The notes below the pieces were generated by a model. It saw only the letters and a program-made list of their open reading frames with translations, had not been told where the DNA came from and made no database searches. A stretch of 63,018 nt of DNA, the filler included. It is 8 parts of 8 records of this genome, joined end to end, with 100 filler letters (N's around TTAATTAATTAA, not from the genome) between each part and the next. Parts side by side here need not be neighbours in the genome. Positions count along the whole stretch, not along the records: positions 1 to 5,299 come from SRR31147125_81; positions 5,400 to 12,735 come from SRR31147125_87; positions 12,836 to 22,705 come from SRR31147125_96; 5 more parts are not named here. One strand, written 5' to 3'. A program made the translations under genes and the position numbers. This document shows positions 1-13,925 of the stretch, piece after piece. The number at the start of each line of letters is the position of its first letter. Position 1 is the stretch's first letter.

Positions 1-613
1 TTCGTTAATAATTCTATAAAGCAGGTCAATCTAACTGCTTTTTAATTTGTTTTTCAAGTTTATGAATAATGCAGGTTAAGAAACGCTTAGACAATCCATA
101 CTTTTCTTTATTCAGATTTAGAAAAATACTGGTCAATTTTGAATATGCTAGAAAACGTATAATTAAGGGAAGCATATATAACAAAAAATATCCTAAAGAG
201 CAATAAACTATAAATTTTGAGACGTACCTCGCGTTAATTTTGCCACTTGTTACTTGTCGTTTTATTAATTATGTTTTCACTGTTATTTACTTGATTTTAA
301 TTATTTTAAACAATAACTTTTAAAGCGTTATCAGGGCATTTAGAACACCACTTTTATATTTCCAATTTTCACATTGATATTTATTTTCAAAAGCCGTTTG
401 ATTGGACCCTTAAATGTCTCAAAATGGATTTGAGAGAAGCCAAAGATATGAATACCTATTTATAGATAATCCCGCCTAAATAGTTGAATGATTTTCCGAA
501 TTTTTAACAGGGATAACAGCAAACGCAGGGCAGACAGGGACTAAAAAAAACCGTGAAATAAATAATTACCAACAAAGCCAATAACTGAATCAAACAAAAA
601 AGGGACAAACTCT

Positions 614-3600
614 ATGATAACAACAATTAAACACAAATGGTCAGGTAATTTTTTACGTTGCATATTATTTATTCTATTTATTTTCAGCTTTACCCCTTCT
701 CAAACTCACGCCGGTACACAGCTCTGGCAGCTAAGGACGCAGGCAGGCTATGTTGATGCATCGCCCGGTATTGGCGATCTTGATCGTGACGGTGTCAATG
801 ATCTCGTTCTCGGTACCACTGTCGGCCAAGTGATGGCTGTTAATTCCGGCGGTTATATCATGTGGACTTTTGACACAAATGCTCATATAAGCAATCCGTC
901 CACAGTTGCCGATCTGGATGGCGACCAAAAGCTTGAGGTTCTGGTGCTTACCAACACTGGAAAAGTGGTCTGCCTGGATGGTAAATCCGGTGCGTTGAAC
1001 TGGAATTTCAATCTGCCGGCAAAGGTTAACTGGGGAACAACAAGTCTTGCGTCGGGACATCTTTTAAATGACAACAAGCTGGAGATTATTGCTGCTGACA
1101 GCAAGGGCCATCTTGTCTGTCTGGACTTTTCCGGTAAACAGCTGTGGAGCAAAAAGATAAACGAAGAATTCAATACCTGCCCGGCCATTGCGGATTTAAA
1201 CAGTGACGGAAAAAATGAAATTCTTGCCGGAAGCACAACCTCCCCTTTAATTTGCTTTTCAGCTAAAGGAAAAGAATTATGGCGTGTAAAAGAAAAGTCA
1301 GCAGGTTCAAGTCCGCTGGTATACGACCTGGACAATAATAATGAACCGGAAATAATTCTGGGCTGCGGTGACAACCTCACGGTTTTTGATAACAAGGGTA
1401 AAGTCATCTGGCAATATAACATGAAAAGTTCGATTCATGACGCAATTTCGATCGGAGATCTTGATTTTAACGGCACTAAAGAAATTGTCGCTGTAGATCT
1501 GGGTGGCAACGTAGTCTGCCTTGATGAAAAAGGCAAATTACGATGGACAGCCAACGTTGTTAAAAAGGTTCGTCGTTCGCCAACCATCGCAGATATTGAT
1601 AACGACTCGAAACTGGATATTTTGATTGCCGGTTATAACTCGAATCTGTATGTTTTAACCAACGAGGGTGACCTGAAAGAGGAAATTCAGTTATTAGGCA
1701 AATGCAATGCAAGTCCTACGATTGTTGATTTTAATTATGATGGTCGACTGGCTGTCATTTGTCCAAACATGGGTGATGTTAGTGCATTTTCCTGGATGAC
1801 GTCAAAACCAGGTGTCAAACCGGTTATTCAATTTTCCGAATATCGCGGCAATTCAGTGCGAAGCGGAACATCGAAGGGTGCTGCAGAAATCCAAACAGCG
1901 CATATTGCTTCAATCGACTTTGGCCAATTGTATATTACCAGGAACGAATTTTGTGTGAAAGTAAAAAATCCAAAAAAGAAAAAGCTGGCGCTTGAATTAA
2001 AGGTTACTCAAAATAATACTACTCCGTTGTTTCAGTCAGTTACTTTTCAGGACACAACTTTTGTTTTCAGGCTTCCATATTATTTGACAGCACAGAGCGC
2101 GGTCGATATCCAATTTTCTGCCACATTAAAGCGAAAAAGCACAACTATTTCTGTGCTTGAGAAATCATTTTATATCATCCCCTATGCAAAAGATATGGCG
2201 GATTTCAGGTCAACCCTGGCTGCTATTCAGGCGTTGTTGCCGCAGCTGCCAGAATCAGGATATGCGGCAAACCAGTTGCAACTACTGAAATCCCGATTTT
2301 CTCCTTTGGAGGAGAGAATGCAGATTGCCGGAACACTTTCAGCATTGCAGAGGACTGAATTAAGAGAGCAAGTCGCCTCTTTGCGCAAAGAGGCAAATGT
2401 GCTGCTGAAAATGGCAGAGGCCGCAGCCGACGCCGGTTCCCCATTAGCTGTTTATGCTGCAAATCCATGGGCGCCGTTTGGTAACGTGGATGAAATCCTG
2501 GAAGGCCGCACAAATGCAGCCGATGTTTCCGTATTTGCTTTTTCCGGGGAAACAGAATCAGCCGCTTTTAATATAGCCAATTTCAGCGACAAACCGGTAT
2601 TTGTAAGAATTGAACCGGGCGCTTTAATTTCGCAAAAAGATTCCAGTTCCGTACTTGCGCAAAAGGTTTTAAAGCTGCATGAAGTCATTGATGTGCCGTC
2701 AGAAACGGCGGACAAATCAAGCGATGCGCTTCCACTGCTCGGACAGGGGCAAACCATGATGATTCCGCAATGGAGCTTGCGTCAGCTGTGGATTAATGTC
2801 AACACCGCTGATCTCGGCCCCGGCGTCTGGAAAAACTCTGTTCGTATTCGTTCACTGGAAGTGGAACCACATGAAGCTGTTGCCAATCTTACAGTGCATG
2901 TGTCAGAAATCGCGTTGCCTGAAGAGCAGGCGCTTAAATTATGTCACTGGGGTTATGTGCACAGATCCATTCTAAAAAACATGCCGCAAGCAGCCCTTGA
3001 TGATCAGATTGTACACGGCACCAACGTATTTGTCGCCACCAATACGTTTGCACCCAGCGCAAAGTTTGATAAAACCGGTAATATTATTGGCGAAATTGAT
3101 TTCAGCAAACATGACGATTACGTTCGGCAGCATTCGCCTCATGGCATCATTCTCTTCTTTTCTTACCAGGGAGCGTTGAAAGGACCAGCAAAACATCATA
3201 CACCGGTATGGGAAAAGGCGCAAGCAGTCTGGCTCAAAACCTGGTTTGATCACCTAAACACGCTGGGAATTGACTATAAAGACTTTGCCCTGTATCCCGT
3301 GGATGAGCCGGGATTGCGTGAAGGTCTGGTTGATCTGAATATTTCCTATGCAAAAGTAATTCGCAAGGTCAATAAAAATGTACAAATTTATACGGACCCG
3401 GTGGCTGGAGCATCGCTTGATGATCTCAAGAAATTGGCGCCCTATGTGGATATCTGGTGCCCGAACCGCAATGGCTTTCTATTGGATGTTGGAGCAGAAA
3501 AGCTGGCGTTTATAAAATCAACCGGAAAAAAGGTCTGGACTTATGAATGCGAGGACAATGCAAAACATCAATCCCCGATTGGATATTACCGCGCACAGTC

Positions 3601-4030
3601 CTGGCTTGCTTTGCATCATGGATTGACGGGCATTGGTTTCTGGTCCTATTGCACCTCCAGTTTTGATCCGTGGTATACACCTGTTGGCAGTCATGATTAT
3701 TTGCTGATTTACCAGGGAGAAGGTGTGGTCACAAGTAAACGCTGGGAAGCCATACGCGACGGTATTGAAGATTATAACATGATGTTTATGTTAAAACAGG
3801 CAATAGAAAATGCCACTCAGAATGTGGATGTCAAAACAATGCAGGCGGCGAAAAAGCTTTTGAAGAAAGATACGTTTGAAATTGCTGCCACGTGCGGTAT
3901 GGCTTCCCATGGAGCCAAGCCCAAAAGCGGCGACATGAGCATGGAGAGAAACAAAGAGGATAGGAACTGGGAAAAGATTCAATCAACAAGAAAAAAACTG
4001 GCCAGGTTGTTGGAGAGTATTAAAAAGTAA
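614..4030 (+). CDS. Secreted FG-GAP/PQQ-like beta-propeller protein with C-terminal GH123/DUF4091-like glycoside hydrolase domain
   Basis: N-terminal signal peptide; repeated DLDxDG/DLNxDG motifs over about 400 aa; C-terminal YPVDEPG, DIWCP, WTYEC and SKRWEAIRDGIEDY motifs. Confidence 0.7.
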   Translation: MITTIKHKWSGNFLRCILFILFIFSFTPSQTHAGTQLWQLRTQAGYVDASPGIGDLDRDGVNDLVLGTTVGQVMAVNSGGYIMWTFDTNAHISNPSTVADLDGDQKLEVLVLTNTGKVVCLDGKSGALNWNFNLPAKVNWGTTSLASGHLLNDNKLEIIAADSKGHLVCLDFSGKQLWSKKINEEFNTCPAIADLNSDGKNEILAGSTTSPLICFSAKGKELWRVKEKSAGSSPLVYDLDNNNEPEIILGCGDNLTVFDNKGKVIWQYNMKSSIHDAISIGDLDFNGTKEIVAVDLGGNVVCLDEKGKLRWTANVVKKVRRSPTIADIDNDSKLDILIAGYNSNLYVLTNEGDLKEEIQLLGKCNASPTIVDFNYDGRLAVICPNMGDVSAFSWMTSKPGVKPVIQFSEYRGNSVRSGTSKGAAEIQTAHIASIDFGQLYITRNEFCVKVKNPKKKKLALELKVTQNNTTPLFQSVTFQDTTFVFRLPYYLTAQSAVDIQFSATLKRKSTTISVLEKSFYIIPYAKDMADFRSTLAAIQALLPQLPESGYAANQLQLLKSRFSPLEERMQIAGTLSALQRTELREQVASLRKEANVLLKMAEAAADAGSPLAVYAANPWAPFGNVDEILEGRTNAADVSVFAFSGETESAAFNIANFSDKPVFVRIEPGALISQKDSSSVLAQKVLKLHEVIDVPSETADKSSDALPLLGQGQTMMIPQWSLRQLWINVNTADLGPGVWKNSVRIRSLEVEPHEAVANLTVHVSEIALPEEQALKLCHWGYVHRSILKNMPQAALDDQIVHGTNVFVATNTFAPSAKFDKTGNIIGEIDFSKHDDYVRQHSPHGIILFFSYQGALKGPAKHHTPVWEKAQAVWLKTWFDHLNTLGIDYKDFALYPVDEPGLREGLVDLNISYAKVIRKVNKNVQIYTDPVAGASLDDLKKLAPYVDIWCPNRNGFLLDVGAEKLAFIKSTGKKVWTYECEDNAKHQSPIGYYRAQSWLALHHGLTGIGFWSYCTSSFDPWYTPVGSHDYLLIYQGEGVVTSKRWEAIRDGIEDYNMMFMLKQAIENATQNVDVKTMQAAKKLLKKDTFEIAATCGMASHGAKPKSGDMSMERNKEDRNWEKIQSTRKKLARLLESIKK

Positions 4031-4278
4031 ATTTATTTTAACTGATTTAATAATTTCGTTCGTTCGCTTTCGGACAAATCCAAGCTTATCCATAATTAAA
4101 TTTCTACAATCGTTTGGTTTTAGAAGGTTACGGTACGAAATTGGTGCATCAATGTTAAACCATTTCTGGCTGCATTCGAAAGCTCAAAAAAACAAACTAC
4201 CAGTTAATATAAAAGAGTTAGTGGATCCCTATTTGTTATTATAGTAGTTAGTATTCATTTATCAAATAAAAATGATAT

Positions 4279-4320
4279 AAAAAAAGCCGGTATGAACTCA
4301 AATTCTACCGGCTTTTTTTA
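4279..4320. terminator. Bidirectional intrinsic terminator
   Basis: AAAAAAAGCCGGTA...TACCGGCTTTTTTT between convergent genes. Confidence 0.8.
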
Positions 4321-4341
4321 TATGACTAACGAATTTATTAA

Positions 4342-5299
4342 TTAATGAGCAGACGTAAGTGCATCACGCGCTGTATAAGTTCCTTTGGCTACTTTGGGAA
4401 CAAAATCCTGAATCGTTTTTGGATCAAAGATGAGTTTTTTCCCTTCTTCACTGGATTTATAAGCAGTCATGAGTAACTGTGACACAAGTAATCCATCTTC
4501 CCAGGTTTCTCGTGGCATCTTGCCATCGACAAAACACTCGACCATGTATCGATCCTCATTCACATAACCATAAACACTCTCTTCATCGGAAACCACTGGC
4601 ATCAATCCCTGTTCAGCCGCTTGTTTCTCAACAAGGTCCTCACCCTCTTTACCGACGACATTACGACTAAAAAAGACATTTAAATCCGGATTTAAAGTAT
4701 TAATCTGCATATAATACTCTGGTCCCATGAGCTCAAAACTCAGCCTCAGGCCGGGGCCCACAAAACTCCAGGATGTGGTTACTTCAGCAACCAGAACATT
4801 TCCATCCTGATCTTCAAAATTGATATTGGCGCGGGCAAAATCTTCAGCCGGTGTCTTTGAATAATCAATATTCGCACCATGCATCTGCTTCAGCAAGTCT
4901 ATATACTCTTTTCGAGACCATTTCAAAGTGGCAATTTCCGCATTAACAGAAACGGGTCTAACAAAATTCTTTGGTTTGTTGGGATCCGTTAATAAGAATC
5001 GGCCGGCTTCAATACTATGACACATCATATCATTTAAAACGCCACCACCCTGTCGTTCACCAGACCAGAACCAGGGTTCATGTGGACCACCATGTTCTTC
5101 CGCGCATCGGGTCAGATAAGGTCTGCCGGAAACACCGGCGCCTCGCTGCCAGATGATATCACGGCCTCTTACCACAGAGGGAGAAAAAACCTGATTTTCC
5201 AGATAACCATGTAAAAGACCAAGCTCATTTATTAAATCAACCATCTTTTGAGCCTCTGCGGCATTACGACCCAGGGGTTTTTCACAGGCGACTCCAACA
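4342..5299 (-). CDS. Gfo/Idh/MocA family oxidoreductase, 5' truncated by contig edge
   Basis: Frame stays open upstream of the called Met and reads VACEKPLGRN; GGGVLNDMMCH motif. Confidence 0.85.
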
Positions 5300-5399
5300 N
5301 NNNNNNNNNNNNNNNNNNNNNNNNNNNNNNNNNNNNNNNNNNNTTAATTAATTAANNNNNNNNNNNNNNNNNNNNNNNNNNNNNNNNNNNNNNNNNNNN
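5300..5399. other. Artificial contig linker
   Basis: 100-nt N spacer containing TTAATTAATTAA. Confidence 0.99.
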
Positions 5400-8479
<3,080 letters not shown>

Positions 8480-8552
8480 CTAAAAATTATTTAAAGTCTA
8501 TTGCTTAAACAGTTATATTCATTCACATATAGTTTAAGTAATCAAAATAATC

Positions 8553-8589
8553 AAAAAGAGGAATCGCAGTTTGCAATTCCTCTTTTTTT
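8553..8589 (-). terminator. Intrinsic terminator/attenuator between susD and GH2
   Basis: AAAAAGAGGAAT...ATTCCTCTTTTT hairpin with T-tracts. Confidence 0.75.
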
Positions 8590-8600
8590 GAAATATGAAA

Positions 8601-10352
8601 TTAATATCCTGGATTCTGTTCTAACGTAATACCCATTCCTTTATATGTGTCAATTTCCTGCTGAGGAATTGGACACAAATAATCTTTGGATGAATCAAAT
8701 ACACGAGCTTGTGCATTTGGGAAACGTGCATCTGTATTTAAATCATATTGAGCTTCAATACCTGTATAAGAAACAAAGCAATCGTCATCAATTTGAGGTA
8801 CTCCGGTTGCTGTTGAAGGATTAAGAATACGACCATAAAGCGTAACCGGCATAACTTTTTCTGCTATGCGCCACCTTCTAATATCGAACAAGCGGAATCC
8901 TTCGTCAGCTAATTCAACTTTACGTTCCCTTCGGATTACCTTTCTTAATTCAGCTTGATTCGTAGAAGTGATCGCCGGATAAGCAGAGGTATTGGAGACA
9001 TCTGCACCATAAGCTCTTGCTCTCACCCGGTTGATTGCTTTCAATACGGAATCATCAATTTGTCCAGCTTCTATTTTTGCTTCTGCATAAGTTAATAATA
9101 CTTCAGCTAAGCGAATTAAAATGAAGTCGTGATCAGTCCAGGTTTGACTAATGGCTTGATAATCTTCGATCGTATTCTTTTTCCATATGTAACCACAAAA
9201 TGCTGCTGGCCATGATGCCGTTCTACAATTTTTATTGGCTCCAAGATTATTTCCTACGGCATCACGAAGAATGGTACTATCCGGATGACTTTCAAATATT
9301 TGTCCAGCCCAAAGAGTGCCAGGTAAAATGATTGATGCACTTAGCCGAGGATCCCGGTTTACAAAAGGATGCTTGGGATCATAAACTGAAGATTCATCAA
9401 TAGGTTTTCCATCAGTTGCTTCATATGAATCAATCATAGATTGTGTGGGAACAACCACGCTATATCCATTTTTATTTCTTGAACCTTGCGCCCTAGGGAG
9501 TTCACTGGTTTGAAAACCATCTTTCAATGGCATAGAAAGGATAACTTCTGGAGAACCAGCACCTGCCAATCCAAACAATTCTTCGTAGTTAGGATGCAAA
9601 CTATAACCCATGCCTGCTTCATTATCGATAATAGTCTTGGCAGCAGATGCTGCTTCGCTATACTTTTTATTATACAAGGCAATACGGGCTTTTAAAGCAA
9701 GAGCTGCACCTTTTGATATCCGACCTATATCTGATCCCGACCAGGTATTTGGTAAATTAGTTATAGCTTCATCTAAATCACCCAGTACTTGATTAACAAC
9801 TGTCTCTTTGGAGTCTCTTGAAACCAAAGCCTCCTCTGTAGTCGCAAATACATTTAAAACCATTGGGACATCACCATACAATTCGGTTAGATTCATATAA
9901 TGGTAGGCTCGAAGTACCAGTGTTTGTGCCTGTATTTGATTATACTTTTCAGGGGCGGTCACATCTTTTGCCCTTTCCATGTTTAGCAACAGAGAATTAG
10001 CGCGACCTATGGCTCGGTAATGGTGTGAATAGTTACTCTGATAGATCGATGTAGCTGCGCTGTGACTTCCTGACCCAAGTTCGCCAAAACCATTACCTCC
10101 CTCAAAACCTCGAGATAAACCGATATCTGTAGCTGTATTATCCATAGCTAATGGCATAGGAATGTTATACCAACTAGCTGTATACACTAAGGTATTGTAA
10201 ATTCCGTTAAGGGCTAAATCCAGTTCTTGTTCACTACTAAAAAAGGTCGCATCTACCGGTTCTGTTAGTGATTCCAGGTTTAGTAATTCCTTGTCACATG
10301 CACTAACCCAAATTGTTAGAAGCAGTAATGTGACTATATTATATTTTTTCAT
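8601..10352 (-). CDS. RagB/SusD family glycan-binding lipoprotein
   Basis: Lipobox (VSAC); YGDVP, IRLAEVLLTYAEA, ERKVELADEGFRLFDIRRW, C-terminal QNPGY; ATG at 10352. Confidence 0.95.
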   Translation of the reverse strand: MKKYNIVTLLLLTIWVSACDKELLNLESLTEPVDATFFSSEQELDLALNGIYNTLVYTASWYNIPMPLAMDNTATDIGLSRGFEGGNGFGELGSGSHSAATSIYQSNYSHHYRAIGRANSLLLNMERAKDVTAPEKYNQIQAQTLVLRAYHYMNLTELYGDVPMVLNVFATTEEALVSRDSKETVVNQVLGDLDEAITNLPNTWSGSDIGRISKGAALALKARIALYNKKYSEAASAAKTIIDNEAGMGYSLHPNYEELFGLAGAGSPEVILSMPLKDGFQTSELPRAQGSRNKNGYSVVVPTQSMIDSYEATDGKPIDESSVYDPKHPFVNRDPRLSASIILPGTLWAGQIFESHPDSTILRDAVGNNLGANKNCRTASWPAAFCGYIWKKNTIEDYQAISQTWTDHDFILIRLAEVLLTYAEAKIEAGQIDDSVLKAINRVRARAYGADVSNTSAYPAITSTNQAELRKVIRRERKVELADEGFRLFDIRRWRIAEKVMPVTLYGRILNPSTATGVPQIDDDCFVSYTGIEAQYDLNTDARFPNAQARVFDSSKDYLCPIPQQEIDTYKGMGITLEQNPGY

Positions 10353-10371
10353 ATTCAATTAATTTTCAGTG

Positions 10372-12735
10372 TTAAAATTTTAAATCAATTCCCATGATAA
10401 AGCTTTTTGTAATTGGATACAGTGCTCCGCTAGTTCCGTTTGGAGTCAAAGGGTCAATTCCATCGGGTAGACTATCAAATGTGAACAGATTTTGACCTGT
10501 AAAATAAACTCTTAGGTCTTTCATGAAAACTTTTGAAAGCAATGATTTTGGCAAGGTGTATCCGAAAGTAATATTCCTTACTCTTAAATAAGATGCATTA
10601 AATACCCAGGTGCTACTTGTCTGAATATCATTACTGCCAGCACTTGTTGGTAGTATTTTTGGATATTTGGAATTTGGATTGTCAGGAGTCCAGAATTCAT
10701 CGATATGCCATTTTTGTATTTTACCACCATTATAGAGTGGCCAGGCCATATCGCCTCCAATTAATACATCTCTTTTACCAACTCCTTGCAAGGAAATGGC
10801 AAAATCAAATCCTTTGTATTCAGCGCTAAGATCAACGCCATAATTTAATCTTGGAAAAGGATTCCCTAATACAACGCGATCATCCGGGTTAATCACACCA
10901 TCAGCCTGATCTGCAGCTCCATCCCCGTCTGTATCAACAGTTAACTGATCAACATATTGAATGTTTCCTACTTGTAAAGCTCCAAATTGATTTGGTGCCG
11001 AAGCTATAGAAGCTTCATCCTGAAAAATGCCAGCGGTTTCATAACCATAAATCATATTGATTGGGCTTCCAACTTCAATAATATTACTGCCATTAATTAT
11101 GGGACCTACTCCTGCCAAGTTGGTAACTTTATTTTGAACATCAGAAATATTTACACCAATGCTGTAGCGGAATTCTCCTAACTTATCCCTCCAGTCGGCT
11201 GAAAAATCCCATCCTTTGTTTTCAACATTACCTGCGTTCTGTGTTGATGGATCTAAACCGATTACATAAGGTATTGGAAGGCTTAAAAGAATATCCTTGG
11301 TTTTTCGCACATAGTATTCTGCAGAAAAGGTTAGTTTCTGATTAAGGATACCAGCATCAATACCAATATTGGTGGTTTCTGTCGTTTCCCATTTGATATT
11401 TTTATTAGCCTGTACATTTTGTGAAGCACCTGTTACAACTGCATCATTAAAAACGTAGTTATTACTTCCTAATGCAATAGATGATGCATATGGGAAATCA
11501 ACAGTCTGACCGTTTTTCAAGATGTGCTGGTTACCCAATTGTCCCCATGATGCTCTCAATTTCAGGTTAGAAAAGAAATCAAGGTCTTTCATGAAATTTT
11601 CTTCAGACATACGCCAACCGGCAGAAAACGAAGGGAAAATACCTACCTGATTATCTTTGGCAAACCGCGAAGATGCATCACGACGAATGTTTGCTTCTAC
11701 TAAATAACGGTCTTTATAGGTGTAGTTAACTCTTGCAAAATAAGATACCAGACTATTTTGGGTAGCTGTTCCCTCATTGGCATCATTTTCTTCCGATCCG
11801 GCATTTAATACCTGATAGTTCTGCAATATGAAGTCAGTACGTGAAGCACCAAGTTTTTCATATTGATATTTTATAAATTCATAACCTCCCAGTGCAGATA
11901 CACTATGGTTATTAATATCTTTCGAATATGATACCAGGGCATTGAAATTGTCTGTAAAAGAACGATTGTATGACTGTGATAGACTGTTCCGGCTAGGAAC
12001 ATCTCTCAATGTTTTAGCTTCCCAGTCAATAACAGTTTGGAACTGTCGGGTAAACTTCTTATTGTAAGAATCATTGTATTCAGGAGCGTATTTTACTGAA
12101 AGCTTCAAATTCTGAATCGGACTATAGTTTGCTGTTAAAACCCCTCTGAAGGAATTATAATATGAATTGTTGTAACCTCCATCAGTTACAAAAGCAATTG
12201 GGTTTTGCCCCTGCCAACCATCTCCCCAAGAACCATCGGAGTGAACCGCTGCATAAATTGGAGGAATCCGATAGGCTTGATTCACAATTTGGTTAAGGCC
12301 GTAACTAGGCTCTTCTGTGGATGATTTTCGAAAACTGATGTCAAAGTTAATATCAAATTTATCCGAAAATTTCATGTCCGTATTTAATCGTCCATTATAT
12401 CGAGTATATCCATACGTTCTAATATTTGCATCTTGATCGGTATAAGATAAGCTAGCCAGTATTCCCAGTTTTTCAGTACCTCCATTTACACTGAGGTTAT
12501 GATATTGTTGAAATCCGTTTTCGGTGAATGTTTCATTTACCCAGTCGGTATCTGGATATGCGTCAGGATTGGCTGCATGGTTGGCTGCATATTCATCTAG
12601 TTCTGTTTGCGTTGCCCCTGAGTATTTCAAAAAGTCCTGTGCTCTGGCAAATTCTGCTTTATTTGCGATTTGTTGCCATCCAATGTAATTTTTATAATTG
12701 ACAACCATTGTCCCTTTTTTAGCCCTTTTTGTGGT
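10372..12735 (-). CDS. SusC/RagA TonB-dependent transporter, 5' truncated
   Basis: TTKR at contig edge; RRDASSRF, FPSFSAGWR, LKLRASWG, WETTET; C-terminal Phe; directly upstream of susD. Confidence 0.95.
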   Translation of the reverse strand, partial: TTKRAKKGTMVVNYKNYIGWQQIANKAEFARAQDFLKYSGATQTELDEYAANHAANPDAYPDTDWVNETFTENGFQQYHNLSVNGGTEKLGILASLSYTDQDANIRTYGYTRYNGRLNTDMKFSDKFDINFDISFRKSSTEEPSYGLNQIVNQAYRIPPIYAAVHSDGSWGDGWQGQNPIAFVTDGGYNNSYYNSFRGVLTANYSPIQNLKLSVKYAPEYNDSYNKKFTRQFQTVIDWEAKTLRDVPSRNSLSQSYNRSFTDNFNALVSYSKDINNHSVSALGGYEFIKYQYEKLGASRTDFILQNYQVLNAGSEENDANEGTATQNSLVSYFARVNYTYKDRYLVEANIRRDASSRFAKDNQVGIFPSFSAGWRMSEENFMKDLDFFSNLKLRASWGQLGNQHILKNGQTVDFPYASSIALGSNNYVFNDAVVTGASQNVQANKNIKWETTETTNIGIDAGILNQKLTFSAEYYVRKTKDILLSLPIPYVIGLDPSTQNAGNVENKGWDFSADWRDKLGEFRYSIGVNISDVQNKVTNLAGVGPIINGSNIIEVGSPINMIYGYETAGIFQDEASIASAPNQFGALQVGNIQYVDQLTVDTDGDGAADQADGVINPDDRVVLGNPFPRLNYGVDLSAEYKGFDFAISLQGVGKRDVLIGGDMAWPLYNGGKIQKWHIDEFWTPDNPNSKYPKILPTSAGSNDIQTSSTWVFNASYLRVRNITFGYTLPKSLLSKVFMKDLRVYFTGQNLFTFDSLPDGIDPLTPNGTSGALYPITKSFIMGIDLKF

Positions 12736-12835
12736 NNNNNNNNNNNNNNNNNNNNNNNNNNNNNNNNNNNNNNNNNNNNTTAATTAATTAANNNNNNNNN
12801 NNNNNNNNNNNNNNNNNNNNNNNNNNNNNNNNNNN
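12736..12835. other. Artificial contig linker
   Basis: N spacer with TTAATTAATTAA. Confidence 0.99.
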
Positions 12836-12941
12836 GATGGAATCGCTCTAAGCGATGCTATCCTTAAATATCGGGTGATGCGGATTCCCATCCGTATTAA
12901 TTATAAATAGAGGTTCGGAAATCGCCGCACCCTCATGTGGT

Positions 12942-13760
12942 TTATTCTTCCAAAACCAGCACCTCAATCTTTCTGAAATCGGTATTATGGCTTTCGGCCT
13001 GCAGAGAAATTGTACCCCCGGTAATGATTTTATTTCCGTCGGCAGGCAACAACTTTTCGTAATATTGGTCGCGCGGATCGAGTTGTGGCTTTTCGTAGTA
13101 CATTACTTCAACACCATCAACAAAATGGCGGATAATTTCGCCACCATGAACTTCAACTTCAACACTCACCCATTTATCGTCGCACTGTGTTTCCGATTTC
13201 GAATTGATACAATGCTTTTCAACCAATACACTATCCATAACAACATTTGTTCCCGGAGTACAAAGATTCATAGTTGAACGTTCAGGCTTTCCGGTAATTC
13301 CACCAAGTAACTGTACTTCAATCGAAGTTGGGAAATCCTGATCCAGCTCCATAGATTCTGCACTTTGCCCATGAATCATTAAACCATTATTTCGGAAAGC
13401 CCAACCCGGGCCTTTTTTTACCTGATTCCCTACAAAACGGTATTCAACACGCAATTTGTAATGAGAAAATTCGCCTTTATAAAAAATGTGTCCAAACTTG
13501 CCGTTCCACTCGTCCCAGTTTTCGTACGACACACGAAGTAATCCGTCTTCAACACGAAAAGTGTTATTGTAATTAACGCCCAGTTCTTCGCCTTTAAATT
13601 TAATGTCCCAGTCACTCAAATCTTTACCATTGAATAACTGAATCCATTTTTCGCCCGATTTTTCGAAAGTCTGTTCTGATTTTGGTTTCGAGTTACAGGC
13701 AGAAAACAATACAACAGTTGCAAGGAGTAGCGTTTGCAAGGAAATTTTTAAAGTGTTCAT
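12942..13760 (-). CDS. DUF1080 / 3-keto-disaccharide hydrolase family lipoprotein
   Basis: Lipobox FSAC; LFNGKDLSDW, NNG, EVQL, ISLQAESH, FRKIEV; probable start MNTLK at 13760. Confidence 0.88.
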   Translation of the reverse strand: MNTLKISLQTLLLATVVLFSACNSKPKSEQTFEKSGEKWIQLFNGKDLSDWDIKFKGEELGVNYNNTFRVEDGLLRVSYENWDEWNGKFGHIFYKGEFSHYKLRVEYRFVGNQVKKGPGWAFRNNGLMIHGQSAESMELDQDFPTSIEVQLLGGITGKPERSTMNLCTPGTNVVMDSVLVEKHCINSKSETQCDDKWVSVEVEVHGGEIIRHFVDGVEVMYYEKPQLDPRDQYYEKLLPADGNKIITGGTISLQAESHNTDFRKIEVLVLEE

Positions 13761-13824
13761 TTTATAAATTTTAATTGATTTAGATTTTGCCAATAAAGGT
13801 AAAAGAAATCTTCAACATTATGAA

Positions 13825-13902
13825 TTAACCATATGGTTAAACTTTTTATTTAAAAATCTTGCAGATCTAATTTTTCCGTCCTACTTTTGACCAAACGGTT
13901 AA
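13825..13902. promoter_or_regulatory. Two TetR-type operators overlapping a Bacteroidota promoter
   Basis: Perfect palindrome TTAACCATATGGTTAA (13825-13840), near copy TTGACCAAACGGTTAA (13887-13902), TAnnTTTG -7 element TACTTTTG (13882-13889). Confidence 0.75.
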
Positions 13903-13925
13903 ACCAGGTAATTAAAATCAATTTT

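Noticed and set aside
214..425. ATTTTGAGAC / GTCTCAAAAT inverted pair as MITE ends
   Set aside because: Only 10 bp in AT-rich DNA, no target duplication or transposase seen
504..540. AGGGATAACAG resembling part of the I-SceI site, with CAGGG repeats
   Set aside because: Partial 11-bp match only; consistent with chance
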